Positions 19,886 through 29,117 of a stretch of DNA of 64,000 nt are shown piece after piece. The notes beneath the pieces were generated by a model. That model was not told the DNA's origin, made no database searches, and saw only the letters and a list, made by a program, of their open reading frames with translations. Origin of the DNA: Candidatus Aminicenantes bacterium (GTDB lineage Bacteria > Acidobacteriota > Aminicenantia > Aminicenantales > Aminicenantaceae); contig JAGGYH010000090.1 of NCBI GenBank assembly GCA_021162615.1, positions 22,800-86,799 of the forward strand, given 5' to 3'. The position numbers were made by a program, and so were the translations under genes. Numbering within the stretch: the first letter of the stretch is position 1; every line of letters starts with the position of its first letter.

Positions 19886-21187
19886 ATGAAAAAAGCGATT
19901 GTTTTATGCCCTATTATGCTGTTATTATTTGCTTCACCTCTATTGATGGCCAATGGATTGAACCTGAATGGATTGGGTGCAAGAGCCATTTCAATGGGAG
20001 GCGCTTTTGTAGGGCTGGCAGATGATTACAGCGCGGTTTTTTGGAATCCTGCGGGCGTCGCGAATTTCGATAAGAAGATGCTGGGGTTTTCAGGCGATCT
20101 GATTATGCCGACAGCTACCTATGAACTGACATTCGGCGGAAGTACATTTATTGATGCTGAGGCCAAATCAAAGATGTATCCTTCAGGTATTGCCGCCTAT
20201 TATCACCCCCTAACAGAAAAGCTGGTCGTGGGCATAGGAGTGTACACCCCTTCAGGTATCGGCGCAGAATGGAACGGTTCTGACTTTTTTGTCAGCGCTT
20301 TGTCTCCTCTCCAGAGCCAAGCCTATAATAACAAAAGCTTTTTAGGGATTGTGACCATCTCCCCTGTGGCTGCTTACAAAGTGAGCGATATGATTTCAGT
20401 GGGAGCTTCGCTCAACATCAACTACGGCTTTTTTAATTTAAGCAGATGGGCAGGCGGCGCATTATTGGAATTGCCGATGCCCCCATATGCCCTGCCTATC
20501 GACTTCGGCCAATATAAAGAGGATTCTACAGGCTGGGGGTTTGGGGCGACTTTAGGAGTACTGGTCAAACCAAGCGATATGTTCAGCTTAGGGCTTACAT
20601 TCAGAACCCCCACCAAGATCAGCATGTCCGGAGAAGCATCTATTTCCAATTTTAGTGCTTTAGGATATCCCGGTGAATCAGAATTTGACAGAGAGGTGAC
20701 GTATCCCATGTGGCTGGCAGGAGGAGTCTCTTTACATCCTATAGAGAATTTGACCTTTACACTGGATGCGCAGTACACAAACTGGGCCAAACTTGACCAA
20801 TTAGAGACTGAATTCACTGATTCTATCTGGCAGGTCGCTATGGCAGGCACGGCAGCCGATGTCATGGAGCTTAAATGGAGTGACTGCGTGCAGATCAGAT
20901 TCGGTGCAGAATATCTCTTGAACAAGCTTGCGTTCAGAGCCGGATATTATTATGACCCGGGTCCTGCTCCCGATGAAACCATGAACGTCCTTATTCCTAA
21001 TTATGACTTCAATGGGGTCACCTTTGGAGTGGGCTACAGGCTCAACGGCCTTCACGTCGATGCCATGCTGGAGTATTTAATGGCTAAAGAAAGAAACGTG
21101 GATGTGAATGACCCGGAGAACGAACAGCCCGGGATTTATAATATGAGCATCATCACTCCCGGCATTTCCGTTTCTTACAGATGGTAG
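19886..21187 (+). CDS. Outer membrane transport protein, OMPP1/FadL/TodX family
   Basis: Signal peptide, then GLGARAISMGGAFVGLADDYSAVFWNPAGV, which is typical of FadL-like barrels. C-terminal ...GISVSYRW. The RBS AAGGAGG precedes the ATG at 19886. Confidence 0.8.
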   Translation: MKKAIVLCPIMLLLFASPLLMANGLNLNGLGARAISMGGAFVGLADDYSAVFWNPAGVANFDKKMLGFSGDLIMPTATYELTFGGSTFIDAEAKSKMYPSGIAAYYHPLTEKLVVGIGVYTPSGIGAEWNGSDFFVSALSPLQSQAYNNKSFLGIVTISPVAAYKVSDMISVGASLNINYGFFNLSRWAGGALLELPMPPYALPIDFGQYKEDSTGWGFGATLGVLVKPSDMFSLGLTFRTPTKISMSGEASISNFSALGYPGESEFDREVTYPMWLAGGVSLHPIENLTFTLDAQYTNWAKLDQLETEFTDSIWQVAMAGTAADVMELKWSDCVQIRFGAEYLLNKLAFRAGYYYDPGPAPDETMNVLIPNYDFNGVTFGVGYRLNGLHVDAMLEYLMAKERNVDVNDPENEQPGIYNMSIITPGISVSYRW

Positions 21188-21314
21188 TCGCTAGGGAGCT
21201 CGTAATCTGAGAATGATTTTTTAGATGTTTTTGTCTTGCCAGGTTCATCAAAATCTTGCTCTCGTTAAGGAAATGGTGTAGTTTGTTTAGGACAAGCAGG
21301 AAACAGGAGGAGGC

Positions 21315-22169
21315 ATGAGAATACGCAAAGCAGTTATTCCCGCAGCCGGATTCGGCACCCGTTTTCTGCCTGCTACCAAAGCCCAGCCAAAAGAGATGCT
21401 TACGGTCATAGACAAGCCCTTGATTCAGTACAGCGTTGAGGAAGCAGTCAGTTCGGGCATAGAGAACATCTGTGTTATTATAAGCAGGGGAAAATCTGCT
21501 ATTGAGAATCACTTTGATAAAAACCCGGAACTGGAATCTTTTTTGGAGATCAAAGGGAAAACAGACTTTCTCAGAGAGGTCCGGAGAATATCCGATTTGG
21601 CAGAGTTTTGCTACATCAGGCAGAAGCAGGCGTTGGGATTGGGACATGCCATATTAATGGCGGAAAAATTCATAGGGGACGAGCCTTTTGCCGTCCTGCT
21701 TCCCGATGATATATTTGACTGCCGGATCCCTGCTGTTCAGCAGGCCATCAGTATCTATGAGGAATATGGTTCATCAGTTGTCATTTTGAAACGCATCAAT
21801 AAAGAAGAAACCAGTAAGTACGGAGTCATTGATCCTGAAAAAGTCAAACCGGGTGTTTTCAGGCTGAAGGATATGATTGAAAAGCCGGGTCCTGAAAGAG
21901 CGTTTTCCGACCTTGGGATCATAGGGCGTTATGTGTTTAATCCTGATATTTTTGACGCCATAAAAAAGACAAAGCCTGACCACAGGGGTGAGATTCAAAT
22001 CACTGATGCCATAAAAATTCTTCTGGAAAAAGAGCCGGTCTACGGATATCTCTTCAAAGGAAGAAGATATGATGCCGGAGATAAAGCCGGATATATTAAA
22101 GCCACGATTGAACTGGCTTTGAAGCGTCCTGAGTTCAAGAAAATCATTCAAGATATCAAGATAGAATAA
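21315..22169 (+). CDS. galU: UTP--glucose-1-phosphate uridylyltransferase
   Basis: AVIPAAGFGTRFLPATKAQPKEML and LPDD motifs. 284 aa. Confidence 0.9.
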   Translation: MRIRKAVIPAAGFGTRFLPATKAQPKEMLTVIDKPLIQYSVEEAVSSGIENICVIISRGKSAIENHFDKNPELESFLEIKGKTDFLREVRRISDLAEFCYIRQKQALGLGHAILMAEKFIGDEPFAVLLPDDIFDCRIPAVQQAISIYEEYGSSVVILKRINKEETSKYGVIDPEKVKPGVFRLKDMIEKPGPERAFSDLGIIGRYVFNPDIFDAIKKTKPDHRGEIQITDAIKILLEKEPVYGYLFKGRRYDAGDKAGYIKATIELALKRPEFKKIIQDIKIE

Positions 22170-22183
22170 TCTTCCTCGCTTCC

Positions 22184-22330
22184 GACTTTCATCAGGCAAG
22201 CTAATTCTTCAGCCCGCTGATCTTCCCCAGCGAGGAATCTCAGCTTATTCATCGGCTCGCTCCCCTCTGCGAGGGACCATGCCCGCTCGCCTGCGGATGA
22301 CTTCAGAACGAGCCAGCCTGCCTGAAAGTC
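22184..22330. repeat. Inverted-repeat-bounded structured spacer related to repeat family 2
   Basis: GACTTTCATCAGGCAAGCT (22184-22202) pairs imperfectly with AGCCTGCCTGAAAGTC (22315-22330). Nested stems include TTCCTCGCT/AGCGAGGAA. It shares GCCTGCCTGAAAGTC and AGGCAAGC-nAATTC with 14203-14494. Confidence 0.4.
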
Positions 22331-22383
22331 GAGAGCACAAGCCGCATCTGAGGTTCACATTGGTTTGCTTTTAGGGAAGAGAA

Positions 22384-22456
22384 TGGCGAGGGACGGAATT
22401 GAACCGCCGACGCAGTGATTTTCAGTCACTCGCTCTACCGTCTGAGCTACCTCGCC
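22384..22456 (-). tRNA. tRNA-Phe (anticodon GAA); CCA not encoded
   Basis: The reverse complement GGCGAGGTAGCTCAGACGGTAGAGCGAGTGACTGAAAATCACTGCGTCGGCGGTTCAATTCCGTCCCTCGCCA folds as a 73-nt cloverleaf. It has a 7-bp acceptor stem, a CTGAAAA anticodon loop and a GGTTCAATTCC T-arm. Confidence 0.92.
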
Positions 22457-22470
22457 AGGACAGATAAACA

Positions 22471-22499
22471 AGTATAATTTTCCCTGCGTGTAAAGTCAA
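22471..22499 (-). promoter_or_regulatory. Sigma-70-type promoter for tRNA-Phe
   Basis: On the minus strand: TTGACT (22499-22494), a 17-nt spacer, then TATACT (22476-22471). The -10 ends about 14 nt upstream of the tRNA 5' end. Confidence 0.6.
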
Positions 22500-22612
22500 T
22501 CGTTTAATCTTAAAAAAACAACATTTTTTGTTTGTTTTTTGCCTGTTGCGGATTCTTGTTATGATTGAAATCATATACCCATTGTGATATTCTTTTTCTG
22601 GAGAAGAAATTG

Positions 22613-22840
22613 ATGGATGAGAGAGAAATCAAGAAAATATTATTCGATAAGGATGAGGATTTCAGAAAAGCTGTTGAGCTGCATAAGGAATATGAAAAAA
22701 CATTGGACGGCTTAAAGAAAAAATCCCTTCTTTCATATGAGGAAGAACTCAGAGAAAAAGAATTAAAAAAGAAGAAACTAACATTAAAAGACAAGATGAA
22801 CTGGATGATTTCCGGATACAAAAAATCTCTTAATGATTAA
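22613..22840 (+). CDS. Small DUF465 (YdcH-like) coiled-coil protein
   Basis: The DEDFRKAVELHKEYEKTLDGL...LSYEEELREKELKKKKLTLKDKM pattern matches the DUF465 family. The start at ATG 22613 is chosen over the longer ORF-track start. Confidence 0.55.
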   Translation: MDEREIKKILFDKDEDFRKAVELHKEYEKTLDGLKKKSLLSYEEELREKELKKKKLTLKDKMNWMISGYKKSLND

Positions 22841-23871
22841 TGATGGCCGTAAAATATAAACCAAGAATCGCTCTTGTCGGGACTGACTCCATGACGGGAA
22901 AGGAGATCATGGGTGTTCTGAGCAAAAAAGAATTCCCCATAGAAAAAGCCGAGTTTTTTGATCCGGATGTCAAGGAAGAATACAGCAAGCTGACTCATTT
23001 TAACGGTGAGCCCAGGGTGATTCGTTCAGTGGATGATACTTTGCTTGAAAGGATTGATTTGCTTTTTCTGGCGGGAGATGAAAAAACAAGCCGGAGAATG
23101 GGGACTCAGGCTGAAAATAAAAAAGTCTTTGCCATTGACTTAAGCGGAGCTTTTTGGAAGAACCATAAAGTCCCTGTTATTGTCAGCGGCATAAATGATG
23201 ATGAAATTTCGAGAAGTGAGAGGCATCTGGTAGCCAATCCGCATCCTGTCACTATTATGGTCTCTCATATAATTATGCAGGCTGCTAGAGATTATGGAGT
23301 AATTAAGACAGTAGCCTTTGTCCTGCAGCCTGTATCGGCTTTTGGAAAATCGGGCGTAGAGGAATTAGCCGGTCAGAGTGCGGATATTCTGAATAAAGGA
23401 TCCTGTGATAAAAAGGTTTTTAAAGCACAGATAGCGTTTAATCTTTTATCACAATCCGCATCTGTTGATGACTCCGGATTCTCGGTAATAGAAAGGCGGA
23501 TTTTATCCGAAATTAAAAGGGTTATGAAGAAATATGAAATAAGCCTTTCTCTTGTTCAGGCTCCTGTTTTTCATGGTTATTCCGTCATGATGCATTTGGA
23601 GTTAGATACAAAAGCGGATATCGAATCTCTTGAGGAAACATACAGAAAATCAAGTCTTTTTAAAGTCTATTCCCCTTCACTGGAATGTCCGGTTTCTCCG
23701 GTTCTAACAGCTGGGGAAGAAAGTATTCTTATAGGGCAGATCAAGCAGGATGCTGTTTTTTCAAACAGTTTTTGGATCTGGGCTGCTGCAGACAACTTGA
23801 TGGTCGGTTCGGCATTGAACGCATATAAAATAGCTTTGAATATGATATCGGATGAGAAAAGCACCGCATGA
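22840..23871 (+). CDS. Aspartate-semialdehyde dehydrogenase-like protein lacking the catalytic Cys (USG-1-like)
   Basis: The semialdehyde dehydrogenase fold is recognisable (RIALVGTDSMTGKEI..., VANPHPVTIM, QAPVFHGYSV). The ANPNC active-site Cys position is Pro, and GxxGxxG reads GTDSMTG. Confidence 0.6.
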   Translation: MMAVKYKPRIALVGTDSMTGKEIMGVLSKKEFPIEKAEFFDPDVKEEYSKLTHFNGEPRVIRSVDDTLLERIDLLFLAGDEKTSRRMGTQAENKKVFAIDLSGAFWKNHKVPVIVSGINDDEISRSERHLVANPHPVTIMVSHIIMQAARDYGVIKTVAFVLQPVSAFGKSGVEELAGQSADILNKGSCDKKVFKAQIAFNLLSQSASVDDSGFSVIERRILSEIKRVMKKYEISLSLVQAPVFHGYSVMMHLELDTKADIESLEETYRKSSLFKVYSPSLECPVSPVLTAGEESILIGQIKQDAVFSNSFWIWAAADNLMVGSALNAYKIALNMISDEKSTA

Positions 23872-25670
23872 AACAAATCTACCAGCTTTTTAAGCTCCTT
23901 TTCAGTGAAAAGAAAAAACTAGTTCTGACGTTTGTCTTCACTATGTTCGTTGCTCTCTTCACTTATGTCTTTGTCAATCTGGTTCAGCCTATCATGGACT
24001 ATATGTTTAAGATGTCGCCCGGGGAGATTCCGGAAAAAACCCGGTTCATGGACGTTTTTCTCAATTTGTTCGGCCTTTCAGTCAAACAGCTTATCACCTA
24101 TCTCCCCCTCATTTTAATCATTGTTATTCTCGGGAAAGGATTGTTCACGTTCCTGTCCTCTTTTTTTATGAAGTCCATCGGGTTGAAAGTCGCGAGGGAT
24201 ATGAGAAACAAACTTTTCAACCATTTGCTCTATCAGTCGTCCGACTATTTTGACAGGAAAGCCACAGGGGAGCTGCTGTCACGCCTTACCAATGATGTGG
24301 ACAAGATCCAAGAGGCTCTTTCCGGAAGCGCCAAAGATATGCTTCAGGAAGTGTTCACCCTGTTGGCCCTTTTAGTGGGAGTTTTTATCATTGACTGGCG
24401 TCTGGCGCTGGCTTCCTTGATCATAACTCCCATTGCACTCGTTCCGCTCGTTGTTTTCAGCCGGAAGCTCAAGAAGATAGGAAGAATGAATCAGATAAAA
24501 ATGGCGGAAATATACAATCTGCTGCATGAAGCCATCACCGGGAATAAAATCGTCAAGGCCTTCACCATGGAGAAGTTCGAATTCAAAAAATTCAAGAGAA
24601 GCACAAAGGAATACCTTTTGGAGGGATTGAAGTTCGCCAGGATAAGCAGCATGTCTTCCCCATTTATGGAATTTATAGGAGGTGTGGTGGGAGCGTTTGT
24701 GCTGCTGGTGGGTTCGGATCGAATAGCCAACGGGCAGATCAGCGCCGGTGACTTCGGCGCTTTTGTCATGGCCATATTTATGATGTATACGCCCATAAAA
24801 AGAATAAGCCGGGCCAATAATGTCATTCAAAGGGGAGTGGCCTGTCATGAGAGAGTTTTGGAAGTTCTGGACAGAAAAGCGGTGATAACGGAACATAAAA
24901 AATCTTATCCTTTGCCTCCTGTAAAGGGAAAAATACAGTTTGATCATGTTTATTTCAGCTATAATGATTCCAAGGCTGTTCTTGAAAACATAAACTTTCT
25001 TATAAAACCTTCTAAGAAAGTGGCTCTTGTCGGATTCAGCGGAGCAGGAAAAACAACCATTGTCAATCTCATCTCCCGTTTTTACGATCCTGATGCCGGG
25101 AAGGTGCTGATGGACGGCATTGACATAAAAGACGTCACGTTACGGTCGTTGAGGTCCCAGATAGGACTTGTCACTCAGGAGCTCATATTGTTTAATGATA
25201 CAGTCAGAAATAATATTGCTTATGGACTGGATGATGTTCCTATGGAAAAGGTCATCTCCGCTGCCAAATCAGCTGAGGCTCATGAGTTCATTATGAATTT
25301 AAATAAAGGATATGAGACCTTTATAGGGGAAAAAGGCGGCCTTCTCTCAAGCGGGCAAAAACAGCGGATCGCCATAGCCAGAGCGCTGTTAAAAGATCCG
25401 CCGATCTTGATTCTTGATGAAGCCACTTCTGCTTTGGATACAAAGGCAGAACGCCTGGTTCAGAGAGCGCTGACAAATGTTATGAAAGACCGGACCACTT
25501 TCATCATTGCGCACAGGCTGTCTACGATAAGAAATGCGGATAAGATATTGGTTTTGGACAAGGGAAGAATTGTCGAAGAAGGAACACATGAAGAGCTCTG
25601 CCTGAAAGACGGCATATACAAAAAACTTTATGATCTTCAGTTTCCTGAAGCGCAGGGGGAGTTGCCTTGA
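23868..25670 (+). CDS. ABC transporter, fused permease/ATPase, MsbA-like lipid exporter family
   Basis: Six-TM ABC exporter domain plus an NBD with GFSGAGKTT, LSSGQKQRIAIARA and ILILDEATSALD. 600 aa. Confidence 0.85.
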   Translation: MKQIYQLFKLLFSEKKKLVLTFVFTMFVALFTYVFVNLVQPIMDYMFKMSPGEIPEKTRFMDVFLNLFGLSVKQLITYLPLILIIVILGKGLFTFLSSFFMKSIGLKVARDMRNKLFNHLLYQSSDYFDRKATGELLSRLTNDVDKIQEALSGSAKDMLQEVFTLLALLVGVFIIDWRLALASLIITPIALVPLVVFSRKLKKIGRMNQIKMAEIYNLLHEAITGNKIVKAFTMEKFEFKKFKRSTKEYLLEGLKFARISSMSSPFMEFIGGVVGAFVLLVGSDRIANGQISAGDFGAFVMAIFMMYTPIKRISRANNVIQRGVACHERVLEVLDRKAVITEHKKSYPLPPVKGKIQFDHVYFSYNDSKAVLENINFLIKPSKKVALVGFSGAGKTTIVNLISRFYDPDAGKVLMDGIDIKDVTLRSLRSQIGLVTQELILFNDTVRNNIAYGLDDVPMEKVISAAKSAEAHEFIMNLNKGYETFIGEKGGLLSSGQKQRIAIARALLKDPPILILDEATSALDTKAERLVQRALTNVMKDRTTFIIAHRLSTIRNADKILVLDKGRIVEEGTHEELCLKDGIYKKLYDLQFPEAQGELP

Positions 25671-26545
25671 TCAGCAGTATGACAGGATATGCAGAAAACA
25701 GAATGGAACACGAGCATTTTTCGGCTCGCATGACCATTAAGACTCTTAACCACCGGTACTTTGACTGGAATTTTCATGGGGACAGGTTCGGTGACATCGA
25801 AGACAGGCTGAGAAAAATATGCAAAAAAAGCATATACAGAGGAAGGGTGGATGTATTTATGGAGATAGATTTTATTGATTCTTCTCTTCTCGACATTCAT
25901 TTTAACAAAAATCTTTTAAGAAAAATCTCTGATTCAATGCGGGAAATGGATGCGGATATACAGGAAAAAATTCAACTCCGTGTGGAGGATTTATTTGATA
26001 TTCCCCATTTGGTTGAATGGAGAAGACGTGATTTTTCAAAGAAAGAGGTCAAATTTTTGGAAGCTGCTTTTAAAAGCACGCTGGAAGTGCTTTTAAAAGA
26101 GCGGAGAGAAGAGGGCAAGCGGCTGCTCAAGGGAATAGAAAAACATGTGGGTAAAATAAACAGGGCGGTCACCAGGATAGAGGAATTGGCTGGAGAACAG
26201 CCTTCTGTTATCAGGAAAAAACTATTGGAAAAAATTGAAAAATTAGGACTGGATGGTGAGATTTCAGACGAAAAAATAGCAGAGGAGACAGCCTTTTATG
26301 CTCAAAGATATGACCTGGATGAAGAGATCCAGAGGCTCAAGTCCCATTTATATGAGTTTGAAAGCCTTCTCTCTGATGAGGAAAAGGAGCCTGTTGGGAA
26401 AAAGCTGGATTTTACATCCCAGGAAATTTTAAGGGAAGCCAATACGATTAATTCCAAAACACAGGAAATAAAAGTTACGAAGTACTGTCTGGAAATAAAG
26501 AGCGAACTGGAGAGCATTCGCCAGCAGGTCAGAAATTTGGAATAA
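25667..26545 (+). CDS. yicC: YicC family protein (stress-induced, putative endoribonuclease)
   Basis: N-terminus MISSMTGYA... and C-terminus REANTINSK...E.K.ELE.IREQV.N.E are typical YicC_N/DUF1732 features. The TTG start overlaps the upstream stop. Confidence 0.85.
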   Translation: MISSMTGYAENRMEHEHFSARMTIKTLNHRYFDWNFHGDRFGDIEDRLRKICKKSIYRGRVDVFMEIDFIDSSLLDIHFNKNLLRKISDSMREMDADIQEKIQLRVEDLFDIPHLVEWRRRDFSKKEVKFLEAAFKSTLEVLLKERREEGKRLLKGIEKHVGKINRAVTRIEELAGEQPSVIRKKLLEKIEKLGLDGEISDEKIAEETAFYAQRYDLDEEIQRLKSHLYEFESLLSDEEKEPVGKKLDFTSQEILREANTINSKTQEIKVTKYCLEIKSELESIRQQVRNLE

Positions 26546-26646
26546 AGGGATGAATAATAAATACATCGCCATTTTTTTATGAATAGGTCAGGTTAGTGAA
26601 ATGAGTTTTGTTTTTTGTTATTATTGACTTCGAAGGGAAAGTTGTC

Positions 26647-27267
26647 ATGCTCTTTATAATTTCAGGGCCATCGGGATGCGGGAAGTCGACGCTGGTCCAT
26701 AAAGCCAGGGAAAGGATAAAAAATCTTCAGTTTTCCGTATCGCACACCACAAGGAAGAAGAGATTTTCAGAGAGAAACGGAGAAGATTATTATTTTATTT
26801 CTGAAAATGAATTCAAAAGTATGATCAAAGAGGACAAGATGGTGGAATGGGCTTTTGTCCACGGAAACATGTATGGGACTTCTCGGAAGGAAATTGAGAA
26901 AAAGGCACTGCAGGGAGACCTTATACTGGATATCGATGTTCAGGGTGCCCATCAGTTGATGGATAGATATAGGAAAGCTGTTTTTATCTTTATCTTTCCT
27001 CCCAGTTATAAAGAATTGAAAAAAAGGCTGAAAAACAGGGGTGATGAATCTCCAAAGTCATTTCAAAAGAGGCTGGAAGCAGCAAAAAAGGAAATCAGGT
27101 CTTATCCTGACTTCGACTTTATTGTTGTTAATGATGACATTGAGAAAGCATCAGAGGAACTGGTGTCTATTGTATTGAGCGCAAGGTGCCGTATAGAGAT
27201 AAAGCAGAAAGAGATCGGCCGCATTGTGCAGAGCTTTAATGAAGCCAAGAGGGATTATGATGAGTAA
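26647..27267 (+). CDS. gmk: Guanylate kinase
   Basis: MLFIISGPSGCGKST P-loop, SHTTR, and EDYYFIS..F...I. The start at ATG 26647 is preferred over the ORF-track TTG. Confidence 0.9.
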   Translation: MLFIISGPSGCGKSTLVHKARERIKNLQFSVSHTTRKKRFSERNGEDYYFISENEFKSMIKEDKMVEWAFVHGNMYGTSRKEIEKKALQGDLILDIDVQGAHQLMDRYRKAVFIFIFPPSYKELKKRLKNRGDESPKSFQKRLEAAKKEIRSYPDFDFIVVNDDIEKASEELVSIVLSARCRIEIKQKEIGRIVQSFNEAKRDYDE

Positions 27268-28456
27268 GATAATTCTCGGAGTGAGCTCATCCGTCAGTAT
27301 ATACAAGTCGTGTGAGATCATACGTTCGTTCCAGGAAAAAGGATACGATGTCCAGGTCCTGATGACAAAGAATGCTTCAAAGTTTATTTCGCCACTCCTT
27401 TTTAAAGCGCTGACAGGGAATAAAGTCCTTATGGATCTTTTTAATGATGGCGTTTCAGAGGACATACTGCATGTCACGCTTGCAGGAGAGGCCGTGCTTT
27501 TTGTCATTGCTCCGGCCACTGCGAATGTCATTGGAAAGATGGCTTCGGGTATTTCTGATGATTTTTTAACGACTTTTTATACAGCCGCAACATGCCCTGT
27601 GCTTGTTGCCCCTGCTATGAATGAAAAGATGTTTTTGAAAGGCAAGACCCAGGACAACATAAGGAAACTGCAGGCTGCTGGAGTCAGATTCATAGAACCT
27701 GAGAAAGGTTATCTTGCGTGCGGGGACCATGGGTACGGGAGGCTGGCTCCGGTCTCCGGAATAGTGGAAGAAGGAGTGCTTCTTATAAGGAAGAGCCGGA
27801 GTTTAAAGGGGATGACGGTTTTGGTTACAGGCGGGCCTACACGGGAATATCTTGATTCAGTGCGTTTTCTAACCAATAGATCTTCCGGAAAAATGGGCTT
27901 TGAACTTGCCGGGGAATCTGAAAGAAGAGGAGCTAAAACGATTTTTATTTCAGGCCCAGGCAACCTTATCTCTAATCCCGGAATTAAGTCCGTAGCCGTG
28001 GAAACAGCAAAGGAGATGAAGGAACAGGTTGAAAAATATGCCGGCGGTTCTGATATTATCATAATGGCTGCAGCTGTGTGCGATTTTAAATTCCCAAAGC
28101 AGATTTCCGGGAAGATAAAAAAGGATTCCATGCCGCTGGAAGTGAAGCTCAGCCGGACCGAAGATATTTTAAGTGAAATTGGAAAAAACAAAGGAACAAA
28201 GGTTGTAGTGGGTTTTGCTGCAGAGGCAAAGAATACTGAAGAAAACGCCCGGAAGAAGCTTGTTAAAAAAAATCTTGATATCATTGTGGCAAATAATATT
28301 TCGAAAAAAGGAATCGGATTTGAATCTGACCGGAACGATGTGACCATCATTCACCGGGATGGGAAAACGATCCGCACCGGCGAAAAAAGCAAGCTGGAAA
28401 TAAGCAAAATTATTATGGATGAAGTCGAGGCCGTCATTGGAAGAAAAAATCGATAG
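27257..28456 (+). CDS. coaBC: Bifunctional phosphopantothenoylcysteine decarboxylase / phosphopantothenate-cysteine ligase
   Basis: N-terminal flavoprotein domain (ILGVSSSVSIYKSCEIIR, PATANVIGKMASGISDD) plus a C-terminal DFP ligase domain (VTGGPTREYLDSVRFLTNRSSGKMG, AAAVCDF). The start overlaps the gmk stop. Confidence 0.9.
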   Translation: MMSKIILGVSSSVSIYKSCEIIRSFQEKGYDVQVLMTKNASKFISPLLFKALTGNKVLMDLFNDGVSEDILHVTLAGEAVLFVIAPATANVIGKMASGISDDFLTTFYTAATCPVLVAPAMNEKMFLKGKTQDNIRKLQAAGVRFIEPEKGYLACGDHGYGRLAPVSGIVEEGVLLIRKSRSLKGMTVLVTGGPTREYLDSVRFLTNRSSGKMGFELAGESERRGAKTIFISGPGNLISNPGIKSVAVETAKEMKEQVEKYAGGSDIIIMAAAVCDFKFPKQISGKIKKDSMPLEVKLSRTEDILSEIGKNKGTKVVVGFAAEAKNTEENARKKLVKKNLDIIVANNISKKGIGFESDRNDVTIIHRDGKTIRTGEKSKLEISKIIMDEVEAVIGRKNR

Positions 28457-29117
28457 ATTACTTGCGCAGATCGAAGGAAATCTGGATTATCTGCGGGAAC
28501 TGGGCATTGATTATGTTCCGGGTGATAAAAGCCTCCCCGCCGGGGATTTATCAAAGAAAAAAGTCTTCTCTTCTCTGGAACAGGAAATAAGGCAGTGCCG
28601 GAAGTGTCCTCTGGCAGAACTCAGAAAAAATGCGGTGCCCGGTGAAGGTTGTATCGATGCAGACTTGATGTTTGTAGGTGAAGGGCCAGGCAGAGATGAA
28701 GACCTTCAGGGGAAGCCGTTTGTGGGAAGGGCAGGGGAGCTGCTGACCAAGATTATCAAGGCGATGAAGTTCGAAAGGGAAAGTGTGTATATAACCAACG
28801 TGATTAAATGCCGGCCTCCGGGAAACCGCAATCCTAAAAGTCATGAGATAGAGGCGTGCAAAGGATACCTGTTCAAGCAGATCGAATTGATATCACCAAA
28901 AGTCATTGTAACACTTGGTAATGTTCCGACCAGATTTTTTCTAAATACGAAAACTGGGATCACATCTCTCAGGGGGAGATTCCACACCTATAAGGGCATC
29001 CGCATCATGCCGACCTTTCATCCTTCTTATCTGGTAAGAAACGAGGAAGACCGGAGTTTAAAGAAAATGGTGTGGCTGGATATGCAGAAGGTGATGGCTG
29101 TTTTAGGCAAAAAATGA
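28419..29117 (+). CDS. Uracil-DNA glycosylase, family 4
   Basis: C..C.L, then GEGPGRDEDLQGKPFVGRAGELL and HPSYLLR-like HPSYLVRN motifs. The exact start is uncertain because the ORF overlaps the coaBC end. Confidence 0.8.
   Translation: MKSRPSLEEKIDRLLAQIEGNLDYLRELGIDYVPGDKSLPAGDLSKKKVFSSLEQEIRQCRKCPLAELRKNAVPGEGCIDADLMFVGEGPGRDEDLQGKPFVGRAGELLTKIIKAMKFERESVYITNVIKCRPPGNRNPKSHEIEACKGYLFKQIELISPKVIVTLGNVPTRFFLNTKTGITSLRGRFHTYKGIRIMPTFHPSYLVRNEEDRSLKKMVWLDMQKVMAVLGKK

Noticed and set aside
21153-21647. 164-aa minus-strand ORF spanning the fadL end and galU start
   Set aside because: It overlaps two well-supported plus-strand genes and their intergenic promoter region, and it resembles no family.
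22170-22612. Integrated element, prophage or att site at tRNA-Phe
   Set aside because: There is no integrase, no duplicated tRNA 3' segment and no phage-like genes on either side. The flanking genes (galU, DUF465 and a housekeeping array) are ordinary.
26572-26592. Similarity of the AGGTCAGG part of the R1 repeat core to the conserved SRP RNA helix sequence
   Set aside because: The match is only 8 nt. The flanks lack the GGAAGGAAGCAGC-type SRP domain IV and any long helix, and the motif occurs many times, so it is not an ffs gene.
27709-28350. 213-aa minus-strand ORF inside coaBC
   Set aside because: It is antisense to a gene with unambiguous CoaB/CoaC motifs, and its translation is low-complexity with no family resemblance.
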